From the NCBI GenBank assembly GCA_036444275.1, contig JAZGAD010000015.1, forward strand, positions 1 to 64,000: a stretch of 64,000 nucleotides of DNA, in the 5' to 3' direction. Positions 42,836 to 53,572 of the stretch are shown here, piece by piece. This DNA comes from Candidatus Hydrothermarchaeales archaeon. Lineage in GTDB: Archaea > Hydrothermarchaeota > Hydrothermarchaeia > Hydrothermarchaeales > JAZGAD01. Made by a program: the position numbers and the translations under genes. The first letter of the stretch is position 1; each line of letters begins with the position of its first letter. The notes beneath the pieces were generated by a model that saw only the letters and a list, made by a program, of their open reading frames with translations, was not told where the DNA came from and did no database searches.

Positions 42836-43436
42836 GCAGGAGGAGCAGATAGCTGGGGATGTCCCCCCAGTAAATAGAGAGTACGAAGCCAACTGTTAGC
42901 GGGATCATGAAGGGCAGAGCAGGGGAAACCCATGCCTCATCGCCCATGATCTTTAATGGCACCTCGTATTCCTTTATCTCAGAGAGCTTCCTCTTGTAGC
43001 CCTGGAATATAAACTTCAGTTCCCCTTGGTCTATCTCTCTTATGTGCCTCATGTTATTAAAAAGGAAGAAGATGGAGGCAGATGCTGCAATAAATATGCC
43101 GTTGACGAGGACACTGAATGCGAAGAAGGGAAAGAGGGTTAAAGTCACTCTGGGATAGAAAGGGAAAACCGATGCAATGCCGACAAGGACCTTTGCATCT
43201 CCGCCGCCCATCATCCTCAAGTAGTGGAGGGGGAATACTATGACCGCAATTGCAATAATAGAAACTATGAATCTAGCTGGCGCGCCGAAACCAAATACGC
43301 TATCGTACACGAAGAATATGAAGCCCAGCAGTAGTAGGGCAGCCCAGGATTTGTTGTCTATCTCTCTGTGCCTCCAGTCGAGGATAGAAGCATAGAGCAG
43401 GATAAAGAGGGTCACTACTATCCTAATAGCGATCAT
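42828..43436 (-). CDS. Prepilin/preflagellin peptidase (A24, FlaK-like)
   Basis: ASILD, GGGDAK, WVSPALPF. Confidence 0.88.
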   Translation of the reverse strand: MIAIRIVVTLFILLYASILDWRHREIDNKSWAALLLLGFIFFVYDSVFGFGAPARFIVSIIAIAVIVFPLHYLRMMGGGDAKVLVGIASVFPFYPRVTLTLFPFFAFSVLVNGIFIAASASIFFLFNNMRHIREIDQGELKFIFQGYKRKLSEIKEYEVPLKIMGDEAWVSPALPFMIPLTVGFVLSIYWGDIPSYLLLLLR

Positions 43437-43538
43437 GCTTGTCCATGTGACATTCTCCCCTTTAGGCTTTCCCCTTTTAATTGCCTTCGAGATTCAAGAT
43501 GACAATAGCGAAGATGACTCCTAAGAAATCAGTTACAT

Positions 43539-43652
43539 TTATGAGGCTATCGATTTCTTTTTCTCCTCCCGCCAATCCAAGTACCAAACTACGATACCTA
43601 CTGCAAGTACCACCCCAATCATGAATACGAAAAACCATATAAGCTCTTCCAT
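43539..43652 (-). CDS. 37-aa single-TM peptide
   Basis: MEELIWFFVFMIGVVLAVGIVVWYLDWREEKKKSIAS with upstream RBS-like sequence. Confidence 0.45.
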   Translation of the reverse strand: MEELIWFFVFMIGVVLAVGIVVWYLDWREEKKKSIAS

Positions 43653-43663
43653 CTTGACCCTCA

Positions 43664-43852
43664 CTAATCTTCTATCTTTCCTAATATAAAAGTTCCCATC
43701 GCCAATGATAATGCAAACAAAATCCCTGCCATTATTGTCATAAATAAATTAACTCTCCCAGAAACTATTTGTCCTAATATCACAATGCTGACCAGATATT
43801 CGCTAATTTTGGAGAGGCTTTCTGCTAAGTACTCCCTCTGCCGTTTGTTCAT
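43664..43852 (-). CDS. Small membrane protein
   Basis: Two hydrophobic segments. Confidence 0.55.
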   Translation of the reverse strand: MNKRQREYLAESLSKISEYLVSIVILGQIVSGRVNLFMTIMAGILFALSLAMGTFILGKIED

Positions 43853-43902
43853 GTCTTGATAAATTCTGGTTCAATGTAAAACCATTTCTAAATCCGGAAA
43901 AA

Positions 43903-44298
43903 TTACCCAGATGACAGCAAGCTCTGTATCTCCAGTTCCGACAGATCCGGCTCTTCGGAGAAATAGGTGAGGTGGCTCTTGCATTTCCTACAGTCACTGG
44001 AGCCAAATCCAGGTACAATCGCAATTGCTCCAGGCGTCTTGAAGACCAGTTGATTTAACTCGCATTCACCCAGATGATAGAGAGAAATCCTCCTTATCTC
44101 AGCCTTTTCTAGGAGATAGTCCACATGCCATCTCTTCTTTTTCACCCTCCTAAGATGCCTTGTTATCCTGGAATCTATGTTTCGCAGGGCTGAACCAACA
44201 TAGAGGTAGCAGCCCTTTGGAAAATCAAATGTGCCTAACCCTCCTACTTTAATCCTAGCGGGTTTCCTCAATTCCATTAACAAGGCATAGGACTTCAT
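43903..44298 (-). CDS. DUF123 GIY-YIG-like nuclease
   Basis: YLYVGSA, WHVDYL, GFGSSDC..SHL. Confidence 0.88.
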   Translation of the reverse strand: MKSYALLMELRKPARIKVGGLGTFDFPKGCYLYVGSALRNIDSRITRHLRRVKKKRWHVDYLLEKAEIRRISLYHLGECELNQLVFKTPGAIAIVPGFGSSDCRKCKSHLTYFSEEPDLSELEIQSLLSSG

Positions 44299-45605
44299 GC
44301 ATTCAATCTAGCCAGCACCCTATCCAGGATTCCCTTGAGGATTTCCTCGTCTGATAGGATTCCTTCAGGTACATTCACAACCTTCCTCATTCGTATGGGC
44401 ACCGTGTCCATGCGGTAGACACTGCCCTCTGTCTCTATGCCTATGTATGAGCTGGGTATGACGACATCGGAAAGCTCGGTGGTAGGCGTCCAATGCGGCT
44501 CTATAACTATGGAGGGTATGCTGGCAAAGTGTTCTATCGACTTCTGTGGAAAGTGCGCCACTGGATCAGAGGCTATGACTAAAACAGCATCTGCTTCCTT
44601 CCGTAGTAAGACGTCGTTGGCAGTTGTCTCCCCTGGGTTGTACCTGGGGTAGCCCCTGGAGAAGTCCACGGCATAGGGATAGCCGACCTGCCAACACAAT
44701 ACCTCGCTGAATCCTGTGACGTTGTAGTGGCCCCTCATCATCATTATAGAGAACTTTGTATGCCTGTTGAGATCCTTAGTGAGGCAGATGGCATTGTCTA
44801 TGTTCCTTATCTTGCCACTGCTCATGGTCAATCCCAAGCCGAAGAACAGGATGCCGAACTGGCACTCCATCATATCCTTGGCTAAGGCATATATCTCTTT
44901 TTTAGGTACGCCTGCCACCTCTTCAGCCTCTATATCTCCGTCATTAACTATGGTACGCAGCGCGCCAAGCAACTCGTAGTCGGCGCCTGGCTTGACCTGG
45001 ATGAATTTGTTGGCGATCTTCGCTGTGTCAGTTCTCCTAACGTCTAATACTATAAGCTTCCTGTCCTGTGCCCCCCTCTCCCTGAAATACCCCCTTGGGT
45101 ACTCGGTGTACCTTGAAAGATGCCTCGGGTGCGCATGCATAGGGTTGGCACCCCAGTAGATCACAAGGTCCGCCCGATTCTTTATCTCCCCTAAAGTGAG
45201 GGTTGGATACCCCACGTCTTGAACCGCGAGCTGAGAGGGGCCGTGGCATATTGAGGTACAAGCGTCGATTACTGCCCCCAATTCCTCTGCTAGCTCTATA
45301 CCTATGGAATCCGCCTCACAGGAGGTGCTGGCCCATCCGTATAGCAGAGCCCGCTTTGCATCCACCAGGATATCGGCTGCCTTATCCAGTGCTTCTTCCA
45401 TGCTCGCTTCTACTAGTTCACCGTTTTTTCTGACCAGAGGCCTCATCAGCCTGTGCTCGTTTATCCCCAGGAATTTCTTGGCGCCTAGCGTGCAGGCATG
45501 CTTTACCTTCTCAATCGTGTTATTGTCATTGGTTTCCACCTCCAAGTCGTCGCATAGAGTGCCGCAGAAAGGGCAGACCACGTCGGTGTGAACAACCATA
45601 ATCAC
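44295..45605 (-). CDS. fwdB: Formylmethanofuran dehydrogenase subunit B (Cys form)
   Basis: CPFCGTLCDD, ICHGPS, HPRHLSRY, RGHYNV. Confidence 0.95.
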   Translation of the reverse strand: MIMVVHTDVVCPFCGTLCDDLEVETNDNNTIEKVKHACTLGAKKFLGINEHRLMRPLVRKNGELVEASMEEALDKAADILVDAKRALLYGWASTSCEADSIGIELAEELGAVIDACTSICHGPSQLAVQDVGYPTLTLGEIKNRADLVIYWGANPMHAHPRHLSRYTEYPRGYFRERGAQDRKLIVLDVRRTDTAKIANKFIQVKPGADYELLGALRTIVNDGDIEAEEVAGVPKKEIYALAKDMMECQFGILFFGLGLTMSSGKIRNIDNAICLTKDLNRHTKFSIMMMRGHYNVTGFSEVLCWQVGYPYAVDFSRGYPRYNPGETTANDVLLRKEADAVLVIASDPVAHFPQKSIEHFASIPSIVIEPHWTPTTELSDVVIPSSYIGIETEGSVYRMDTVPIRMRKVVNVPEGILSDEEILKGILDRVLARLNA

Positions 45606-47947
45606 TCTTCCTTTGCTTCCACTTTCGCCTTCACCGTCAGCCGCTCTAGCAGCGTTGGGTCTATAATCGTGCGCTCCTCCCAGCCCTTCTCTTCTAGAAC
45701 AGCAAGTATCTCCTTCTTCCTTGTTATGGGTATGTCGCTCTTACACCTCACGTATAGGTGCAGATCATTTGGCATTCCACCTAGGTAGCGCTCGTGCAGA
45801 TCAACATAGTGGTTGAGCTTGAGCTGCCTGCCCTTTGAAGTATCATTTGGCCTTATGCAGAGCTTTGCTATTGCTACCACTGCTTCTTCCTTGGATTCTG
45901 CGACATATGCGAGATGCTCTGGCGCAGGCTCCACAACGTGCTTCTTCCCGGTCTTTGCATCGTAGGTCTCCCATGTCTCAGGCAGGTCCTTCCTACCGAG
46001 GTACATCCTCCGGTACTTTGAACCCTGGGGACCGAGCACGGTAGGTATCCCCCACCTGTTGACGCCATTGCCTATTGCGAATGCCTTCTGGGACATTGCA
46101 CCCCAGACAACAGCGACTGCGCCCACTCGGTTGTAGATGTAGTCTGCTATCTCCTCGAAGTTCCCCCTCAGGTTGCGCCTTGCAAATAGATGCGGGATCT
46201 TCACTGCTGCACCAACTATATGTGCATTTGCAACGCAGGAGCCGACGTTTGCCAAACAGCCGGCATCTACATCGCCTGGGTATGTCTCGTAGAGGCTCTT
46301 CCCTTCTTCGGTTGTATATGTCGCTATATCCATGGCTGCGCATCCCGATGCTACTACGATGTAGCGGCGTTTCAAGAATTCCTCTGCCATCTCGGCTATC
46401 TCTCTAGCGCCCTTGACATAATTCGTGCACCCTGCGAATGCCACTATCCCTGGTATTTCACCTAGCACGAGAGGCGGTCCTACATGCCGGATCTCTGTGT
46501 CAAGAATGGGCCCCCTACCTGAGCGGAGCTTGTATTTCTCCTCTTTTATCTTCTTCTCAGCCGCCTTCTCCATGAGTTGTATTATCGGTATCCCCTTTGG
46601 ACATGCAGCCTCGCATTTCACACAGCCCCAGCAGAGGTCACGGAGCTCCGAGATTTCTTCTAAATTATCCCTGGCAGCGTGCACTGCATCCGAAATTTTC
46701 AAATTCGGTGGGCAAACCCTATTACAGGCGTTGCAGTAGGTGCACTCTTTTGCTTTCTCTACAAGCTCTTTGATACTTGGCAGTGCCTTAAGTTGTGCTC
46801 TTTTAGGCGCTAATGCTTGTGCGACTCTAACAGCCACTTCCCCTGCCTTCACGGGTTCAAGTATTAATGCACCAGCTTCTTTGCCATTCACCAAGTCAGA
46901 GACTATCTTGTCAGTCGAGTCCTTCGTCCTATTGTTCAGGCCGAGGCAGACCTCGTCGTTGGTGGCGATTACAGGAGCTTTTATCTTCACTGCTTCTTCC
47001 AGCGTGTCTGTTCTGACGCACTGCACGTCGAGAACGATGACATCTGGCACGCCTGACTTTATGAACCGGGCTTGCTCAGAAACAGGCCCCACTACCTTCG
47101 CAGCAGGGCTCCGTCGTGTCAAGTCGTGTGCCGTGCAGCACAAGCCGCATACCTCAACTTGGTCCTGAAGACCTTTCTCTTCGAGGTAGTTTATGATCTC
47201 TGCTCCAGGCACAACATTATGTCCAACGCACATTATCACTGCCTTAGTCTTGTCTATCGTGCCCAGACCTATGTCTACGAGCGGCGCATCTGGGTCGCCC
47301 TTCGGGAAGCCGTAGCCGACGATCTGCGCGATGTCAGCGACCTCCATTACAAGGTTGTCTATCATGCCGATGTGAAGCTGCTTCGACTCGAAGTCATTCG
47401 TATACGCCTCCTGCCCGGTTGCAGTGGTAGCGAGGACCTTCGTCTGCTGCTTATCAGTATATTCCAAGACTTTTTCGAGGTCAGCTAGATTTCTCGGCTT
47501 TATCCCGACTATTGTCCTTATGAGCGGTGCCTCAATCGCAATGTTCATCCCCAGGTCTATCTTATAATCTCTACCGAGTTTTTCTATAAGGTGCTCCACT
47601 AGATCCCTTGCATGCGTTGCATGTGCCGCTGTGCCTACAGAGGCAAGTAAGGTGTTCATCCTCGCCTGCTGCGCATCTATCTTTATCCCGCATGCACCCT
47701 TCTTGCCCTTTGTCAGGTCACATACGCCATAGGTGCATAAACAGCACATATCACACAGGGGCGAGTAAAAGGGCTTGTATCTATTCAAAAGCTTGAAGTC
47801 CCAATCTCGAAGGTCAGCCATCCCAGGCTTTGGCGTCGGACCTACGGGCTCCTCCCAATAATCCTCCAGCTCACCCACTTCTAGCTCCACGCCCTCGAAC
47901 TTCAGCAAGTCAGATTTCAGTTTATCTATCTTGATGTTGACAACCAT
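45602..47947 (-). CDS. cdhA: ACDS CO dehydrogenase alpha subunit
   Basis: GPTPKP..LRDWD, CDMCCLCTYGVC, GHNV, CCT, two ferredoxin motifs, GSCV. Confidence 0.95.
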   Translation of the reverse strand: MVVNIKIDKLKSDLLKFEGVELEVGELEDYWEEPVGPTPKPGMADLRDWDFKLLNRYKPFYSPLCDMCCLCTYGVCDLTKGKKGACGIKIDAQQARMNTLLASVGTAAHATHARDLVEHLIEKLGRDYKIDLGMNIAIEAPLIRTIVGIKPRNLADLEKVLEYTDKQQTKVLATTATGQEAYTNDFESKQLHIGMIDNLVMEVADIAQIVGYGFPKGDPDAPLVDIGLGTIDKTKAVIMCVGHNVVPGAEIINYLEEKGLQDQVEVCGLCCTAHDLTRRSPAAKVVGPVSEQARFIKSGVPDVIVLDVQCVRTDTLEEAVKIKAPVIATNDEVCLGLNNRTKDSTDKIVSDLVNGKEAGALILEPVKAGEVAVRVAQALAPKRAQLKALPSIKELVEKAKECTYCNACNRVCPPNLKISDAVHAARDNLEEISELRDLCWGCVKCEAACPKGIPIIQLMEKAAEKKIKEEKYKLRSGRGPILDTEIRHVGPPLVLGEIPGIVAFAGCTNYVKGAREIAEMAEEFLKRRYIVVASGCAAMDIATYTTEEGKSLYETYPGDVDAGCLANVGSCVANAHIVGAAVKIPHLFARRNLRGNFEEIADYIYNRVGAVAVVWGAMSQKAFAIGNGVNRWGIPTVLGPQGSKYRRMYLGRKDLPETWETYDAKTGKKHVVEPAPEHLAYVAESKEEAVVAIAKLCIRPNDTSKGRQLKLNHYVDLHERYLGGMPNDLHLYVRCKSDIPITRKKEILAVLEEKGWEERTIIDPTLLERLTVKAKVEAKEE

Positions 47948-48067
47948 TCTAATCAGTGCCAAGAAGTTGGGTCTTAGCATTTAAAAATATTATGAAAATG
48001 AGGAAGGAAAACTAGATTCTCAATATTCTTGATGCTTGCCTAAGAGATATAAGTATCCAAAAAGAGA

Positions 48068-51000
48068 CTATTCAATCTTCATCAATTCCTCTATCTCCTT
48101 CCTTGCCTCATCACTTATCCCTGCGAAGACCACCTTCATCGGTTCCTTTCTCGTATCCTTAGTCGCGTTGTGCTCTAGCAAAAACTCCTTTGTTACTTCA
48201 GATACTTTTGTGCCAGAAACATAGAGTATAGGGGCATCGTAGCTAGCTGATACTAGTGCCGCCTCTATGCTTGGTTTTCGTCCATCAGCTATCACTATTG
48301 CCCGGATAACTGTTTCGAGTTCAATGCTCCTTGCTAGCTCAACTGCTGTCTCTTCCCTATTTCTACCCCAGATACGCTGCACATGTGCTATCTTCTCCAG
48401 CTCTTTCTCAACCAACCTGGATACCGCTACTTCACCACCGACAATGACTATCTCTTTGGGATTGAGTCTGTCTATCGCCTCCTGTGTGGTGCTTGGGAGC
48501 ATGCCGGGTTTCGTTAGGAGGAGAGGTGCCCCCACTGCTTTAGCATATGCGATAGCAGAGAAGGAGTCAGCCTCTAGGTCGCCCCTTGCTACTACAATCT
48601 TCTCGGCACTGCTCCATCCAGCGAGCATCTTCTTGGCGGTAACCTCATAGACATCCCAATCCAACTGCCTTATTGGCTTCTCCATGTGGAGCGAGATATC
48701 CTTCGGCGCTGGATATTCTCCAGTGTTACCAGCAGTTAGGGAGAGCGCTGGAGCAAGATTTTCATCCACTGAGTAGAAGCGCTTGTGATTCAGATTCAAC
48801 TCGTCTATCATGCATGCCAATAGGCTTGCATTCACTATCTGGAAGCGCTCCGTCAGGCATGTTTCTTCTTTGCCCCCGCTGCTTCCGCCTCCCCCTCCAC
48901 TCGTCGGTCCACTGCCTTTACCCGGGTCACCTCCGTGATTTAAAGCCGTTATCGTGAAATAGGCTGACGAGCTATTTTCATTGCCGACGTAGTCACTTGC
49001 TCTGAAGCGCACGGTATATTTTCCTATCTGCATAGTGTCAGAGGCATTAATGTCTATCTTCCAAGTGCTCCCGTTAGTGATTTGCAGGATGTATTCCTCA
49101 GTGCTGCCGTCTGGTTTTTCTACTTCTGCAGATGCAGATGCTACCCCTGTTAAGGCATCAATGACATCGCTCTGGAGCTCTATGCTCTCTCCCTGGGTCG
49201 CTTCTGCAGGCGTGGCGTGCTCGTTCTCTATTATGGGCGGTGTTACGTCTATGGTGAAGAAACGTGTCTGGGAGAAATTCACATTACCAGCATCATCCCA
49301 TACAGTTATGCTCCAGTTGTGCCTTCCCTCCACTAGCCCAGTTAGGTTGTAGGTGGTGGGCGTGCCATTGTTCGTTGGTATATTAGATGCATTCATGGCA
49401 CCGTCTACAGAAAGGTTCGCTGTCATGGTCGAGGCAACGGCGTCCAGCGCAGTAAAATTAAACTCCACCCAGACCTCTGAGGTGTTGAAGTCGGAAACTG
49501 GTGAAGTGATATTGATAAAGTATGGTGAAATCGTGTCAACAGTGAAATATGTAATAGTAGTATTAAGGCTTCCCACAGAGTCGTTTGCCCAAATCTGGAG
49601 GTTGTGGTTGCCTTCAGAGAGGCGGGTAAGATTGACGAGTTGATACGACTGGTTGTATAGAGTCGAGTTCGTAGCGTTATTGTCTAGATTGTACCACTGA
49701 TGAGAGATATTTGAAATCGTATCAGTGATTGTTATATTCACCGAGATATTAACCAGGCCATAAGTCGTATTTGAGAGATTGAGAAGTATGGTGGGGGGAG
49801 TTATATCCACATTAACAGTCATCATAGAAGTCCAGGCGCCAAATCCAATGCTGTCATTGGCGAATACTTTATATTCGTAGCTCCCATCGCCCAGGTTGGT
49901 TATGCTGTACCCGGCTGAGGTATTCTTTTCCTCACCTGCAATAGTCATGGGGTAGTTAGTGCCTCCGAATTCCAGCAGCGCCTCACTAATTAGAGAGGCG
50001 GCATCCTGGAGGGTGACATTCACGAATACCCAGTCTACGTTGGTGTAGGAATTGTTTTCTGGTGTTGGATCAACGAATTCTATATCCGGTGGAGTGGTAT
50101 CTACAGTGAAATAAACAAGCGCTGAATCTTGGTTACTGGCGCTGTCGTTGGCGTAGACAGTGATGCTGTGAGGGCCGTCTAGGAGGTTCGTTAGGGTTGT
50201 ATTACCCGCTAGTGTTATGTTCGCTGCTCCATCCAAGCTATAGCCGGTCCAAGCAAGATTGCTATCGCTAACTGAGTAATTAAGATGTATGCTGGCAGTA
50301 GTGTAGGTCTCATCCACTGGCGATGTTAGGGTTAATAGAGGCGGTGTTGTGTCAACGTTTACGATTCTCATTTCGCTCCATGCACTATTTCCAAGATCGT
50401 CCTCGGCGAGCACGCTATAGGTATGCTCTCCATCGCTCAAGGACTTTACTTTGTACCACGCAGTGAGGTTCTTTCCATCTCCGCTCATGTACATGTTGTT
50501 CTCGAGTTCGAAGTCCAGCAGTACGTTGCTGACTAGAGATATAGCGTCTCCAATGCTGGTGTTTACCAATACCCAGTTAGTATTGACGTAGGAGTTGTTT
50601 TCGGGCGTTGGATCAACGAATTCTATATCTGGTGGAGTGGTATCTACGGTGAAGAAACGTGTTTGTGAAGAATTCACATTCCCGGCGTCATCCCATACTG
50701 TTATGCTCCAGTTGTGCCTTCCATCTCCCAGCCCAGGTAGGTTGTAGGTAGTGGGCGTGCCATTGTTCGTTGGTATATTAGATGCATTCACAATGCCGTC
50801 CAGCGAGAGATTACTGCTCAGGTTTGTCACTGCATCCCAGGCAGTCCAGTTAAGGTATACCCAGTTAGTGGAATAGTTCGAGTCATTTGGGATATTCTGG
50901 GTTAGACTAGGCGGAACGGTATCTATGATGAAGGTGCGAAATGATGAATTCACATTGCCTGCGCTATCGTTGGCGTATGCAATGATGTTGTGCAATCCCT

Positions 51001-53572
51001 CAGATAACCCGGCCAACGTGATGTTAGGCTCAAAAGTAACGTTAGCTCCGCCGTCCAGCAAGTGCCACCACATGTCTATCGTTTCATCTGCCGAAACATT
51101 CAGGGAAACGTTCTTTGTAGCGTAAATAGTGTGCTGTGGCGAAGTTATTGTTATCGCGGGCTTGGTGGTGTCAACAATGAAATACTTAGTAGAAGAGTTG
51201 AGATTTCCTACAACGTCCTTGGCATACACCGTAATGTTGTTGCTTCCCTCGCTCGCAGTAATAGTCGTGTTGCCCTGACTCGAAGAATTGTAAAGGGAAA
51301 TGTTTGCTCCTCCGTTCAAGGAGTAGGTCACGTTGGTCGCCTCGTTGATAGTGACGTTAAGGAGGATGCTTTGAGTGGCATAAATCGTGTTCTCTGGTGA
51401 GAGGATGGTGACCGTAGGCTTAGTGGTGTCTATGGTGAAGTAGACGATTTCCGTGCTGTTAATGTTGCCCGGGCTATCATTGGCGTAGATCCTTATCCAG
51501 TTTTGGCCTTCGCTGAAGGTGTAGGTGGTGTTGTAGTAGTCTGTGAAGCTGTCTTTCTCTAGGGTGATGTTGACCGAGTCGTTTACCTCAGCCAACACAC
51601 TGCTAACACCAGAGGTATCAGTAACGCTCACATTGACCAATAGAGAGGCTGAAGCATATGTCTCATTCAGCGGCAAAACAATGGTGACCGATGGCGGCGG
51701 GGTATCCACTATGAAGTATACAGCCTCCGATGAGTTCATGTTTCCAGCTAAGTCATTGGCAAAAATGCGCACATTATGCCCGCCCTCACTGAGATCCGCT
51801 AGGAAGTAGTTCCAGTTGCCAGAGCTATTAGTCAAGGAATAATTAGTTGTCCCATCAAGCTGAGCAGTAACATTGCCCGAATCATCGTCCAACGAGACAT
51901 TCACCCAGACACTAGTTGACGCGTAGGTCGTGTTCAAAGGCGATTCAATGGTGACAACAGGCAGCATGGTGTCTATGGTAAAGTAGACCGTACTTGAGTT
52001 GAGGTTGCCTGCGCTGTCATTGGCATAGACAGCTAGGCTATGAAGGCCATCTTCTAGGGCGAGTGTAATGTTATCCGCTAGTGTTACGTTCACCGATCCA
52101 TCTAGGCTGTAGCCTACCCACTCGAGGTTGTTTTCATCTATGGTGTAGTTTAAGTCCAAGCTAGCGGAGGCATATGTCAGGTTATCTGGGGAATCAAGGG
52201 ATATTACAGGGGGTGTTGTGTCTATGGTTATGGTCCTAGATTCGCTCCAGCCGCCGTTTCCAAGACTGTCTTCGGCGAAGACTTTATACAGCTTGACCCC
52301 ATCGCTCAGGGGAGATACTTGGTACCAAGCGGTAATATTTTTTCCATCGCCGATTTTATGCATAGAGTACTCCCATGCATTGAAATTTAGTACCACATCG
52401 CCAGTAATTGAGGAAACGGTGTCCCCGATAGAAACGTTTACCAATACCCAGTTTACGTTGGTGTATGAGTTGTCTTCGGGCGTTGGATCGATGAATTCTA
52501 TATCTGGTGAATTAGCGTCTGCAGTAAAATAAGTTAAAGGAGCAGAAGCATTCATACCCCCTCCAGTTCCATTACAATAATACTTCACATTATGCTTACC
52601 ATTAGAAACTATAGCTTGATTATTCCAATTTCCTGAAGAATTTGTCATTGAGACATTAGAGGCTCCATCCAAACTATATCCACACCAAGATGCCTCTAAA
52701 TCAGTAGTAACATTAAACCAGACAGAAGATGCAGTGTATGATTGATTAATCGGATTTTGTATAGTTATTTTGGGCCGGGTATCTGTCGTGAAAAACACTT
52801 GATCGCTTCCAGTCTCGCCGTCAGTGTTATTAGCGTAGACAACTACATTTTGAGAACCGTCTGAGAGAGAAGTAAGGGTAGTGTTCTCAAAATCTTTATA
52901 AAAAATCTCAAATACAAAATCAATGTTGTAGACTGGGCCGGTTATCCAAGAACCCCCGCTGTTTGATGTATACGCCATTTGTTCCTCAGGAAAGGGATTA
53001 TCATCAGATCGGATCCACCTTACATCTCCAGTTGCCCCTCCTTTTGCTACTATCCAATATGTGCCATTAGGAAGATATACATCCATTGTAAAATTAACCC
53101 ATCCGTCTGTTGTTATCAATTTTGTTTGGTTTACAATGTAGACATTATCAGGAACATAAGCTGCACTATCAGACATAATGCCAACTGTTATATTCTCGTC
53201 ACTATTATGAGTAAGTTGCACAGAAATTGTTTCTATATAACTGTTAAAAGGCGTAAGACTAAAATTTTGAGCCAACCAAAATGTATCGCTAAGACTTTGA
53301 TAAAAAGTACTCTCTAGTTGGGATATGTTTTTTAAGGGACCAAGTGCACTTATATTTGTCCCATTATCCAAACTATATACAACCCAATCCAAGACTCCAT
53401 AACTTCCACTGATCGTATAATTCAAATCAACACTATTAGTATTATAACTGGTATTGCTAGGACTTTGAATATTCACCGTTGGAACAGTAGCATAAGCTAA
53501 TTCTACCCCTAATGTTAACAGGATAGTCATGAAAATCGCTTTACGAATACAGCGTAGGCGGATTCGAACCAT
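48068..53572 (-). CDS. Giant secreted surface protein: tandem Ig-like repeats + C-terminal cell-wall-binding-2 repeats
   Basis: Signal peptide; repeated YANDSAGN..FTVDTTPP units; VVARGD..D..APLLL..IVGGEVAVS..RIWGRNREETA. Confidence 0.88.
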   Translation of the reverse strand: MVRIRLRCIRKAIFMTILLTLGVELAYATVPTVNIQSPSNTSYNTNSVDLNYTISGSYGVLDWVVYSLDNGTNISALGPLKNISQLESTFYQSLSDTFWLAQNFSLTPFNSYIETISVQLTHNSDENITVGIMSDSAAYVPDNVYIVNQTKLITTDGWVNFTMDVYLPNGTYWIVAKGGATGDVRWIRSDDNPFPEEQMAYTSNSGGSWITGPVYNIDFVFEIFYKDFENTTLTSLSDGSQNVVVYANNTDGETGSDQVFFTTDTRPKITIQNPINQSYTASSVWFNVTTDLEASWCGYSLDGASNVSMTNSSGNWNNQAIVSNGKHNVKYYCNGTGGGMNASAPLTYFTADANSPDIEFIDPTPEDNSYTNVNWVLVNVSIGDTVSSITGDVVLNFNAWEYSMHKIGDGKNITAWYQVSPLSDGVKLYKVFAEDSLGNGGWSESRTITIDTTPPVISLDSPDNLTYASASLDLNYTIDENNLEWVGYSLDGSVNVTLADNITLALEDGLHSLAVYANDSAGNLNSSTVYFTIDTMLPVVTIESPLNTTYASTSVWVNVSLDDDSGNVTAQLDGTTNYSLTNSSGNWNYFLADLSEGGHNVRIFANDLAGNMNSSEAVYFIVDTPPPSVTIVLPLNETYASASLLVNVSVTDTSGVSSVLAEVNDSVNITLEKDSFTDYYNTTYTFSEGQNWIRIYANDSPGNINSTEIVYFTIDTTKPTVTILSPENTIYATQSILLNVTINEATNVTYSLNGGANISLYNSSSQGNTTITASEGSNNITVYAKDVVGNLNSSTKYFIVDTTKPAITITSPQHTIYATKNVSLNVSADETIDMWWHLLDGGANVTFEPNITLAGLSEGLHNIIAYANDSAGNVNSSFRTFIIDTVPPSLTQNIPNDSNYSTNWVYLNWTAWDAVTNLSSNLSLDGIVNASNIPTNNGTPTTYNLPGLGDGRHNWSITVWDDAGNVNSSQTRFFTVDTTPPDIEFVDPTPENNSYVNTNWVLVNTSIGDAISLVSNVLLDFELENNMYMSGDGKNLTAWYKVKSLSDGEHTYSVLAEDDLGNSAWSEMRIVNVDTTPPLLTLTSPVDETYTTASIHLNYSVSDSNLAWTGYSLDGAANITLAGNTTLTNLLDGPHSITVYANDSASNQDSALVYFTVDTTPPDIEFVDPTPENNSYTNVDWVFVNVTLQDAASLISEALLEFGGTNYPMTIAGEEKNTSAGYSITNLGDGSYEYKVFANDSIGFGAWTSMMTVNVDITPPTILLNLSNTTYGLVNISVNITITDTISNISHQWYNLDNNATNSTLYNQSYQLVNLTRLSEGNHNLQIWANDSVGSLNTTITYFTVDTISPYFINITSPVSDFNTSEVWVEFNFTALDAVASTMTANLSVDGAMNASNIPTNNGTPTTYNLTGLVEGRHNWSITVWDDAGNVNFSQTRFFTIDVTPPIIENEHATPAEATQGESIELQSDVIDALTGVASASAEVEKPDGSTEEYILQITNGSTWKIDINASDTMQIGKYTVRFRASDYVGNENSSSAYFTITALNHGGDPGKGSGPTSGGGGGSSGGKEETCLTERFQIVNASLLACMIDELNLNHKRFYSVDENLAPALSLTAGNTGEYPAPKDISLHMEKPIRQLDWDVYEVTAKKMLAGWSSAEKIVVARGDLEADSFSAIAYAKAVGAPLLLTKPGMLPSTTQEAIDRLNPKEIVIVGGEVAVSRLVEKELEKIAHVQRIWGRNREETAVELARSIELETVIRAIVIADGRKPSIEAALVSASYDAPILYVSGTKVSEVTKEFLLEHNATKDTRKEPMKVVFAGISDEARKEIEELMKIE

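Noticed and set aside
44295-45605. Selenocysteine-containing FwdB
   Set aside because: Active-site codon is Cys (CHGPS); no in-frame TGA
49251-50800. DGR template/variable repeat pair
   Set aside because: Mismatches are not adenine-specific, both copies are in-frame domains, and no reverse transcriptase is present
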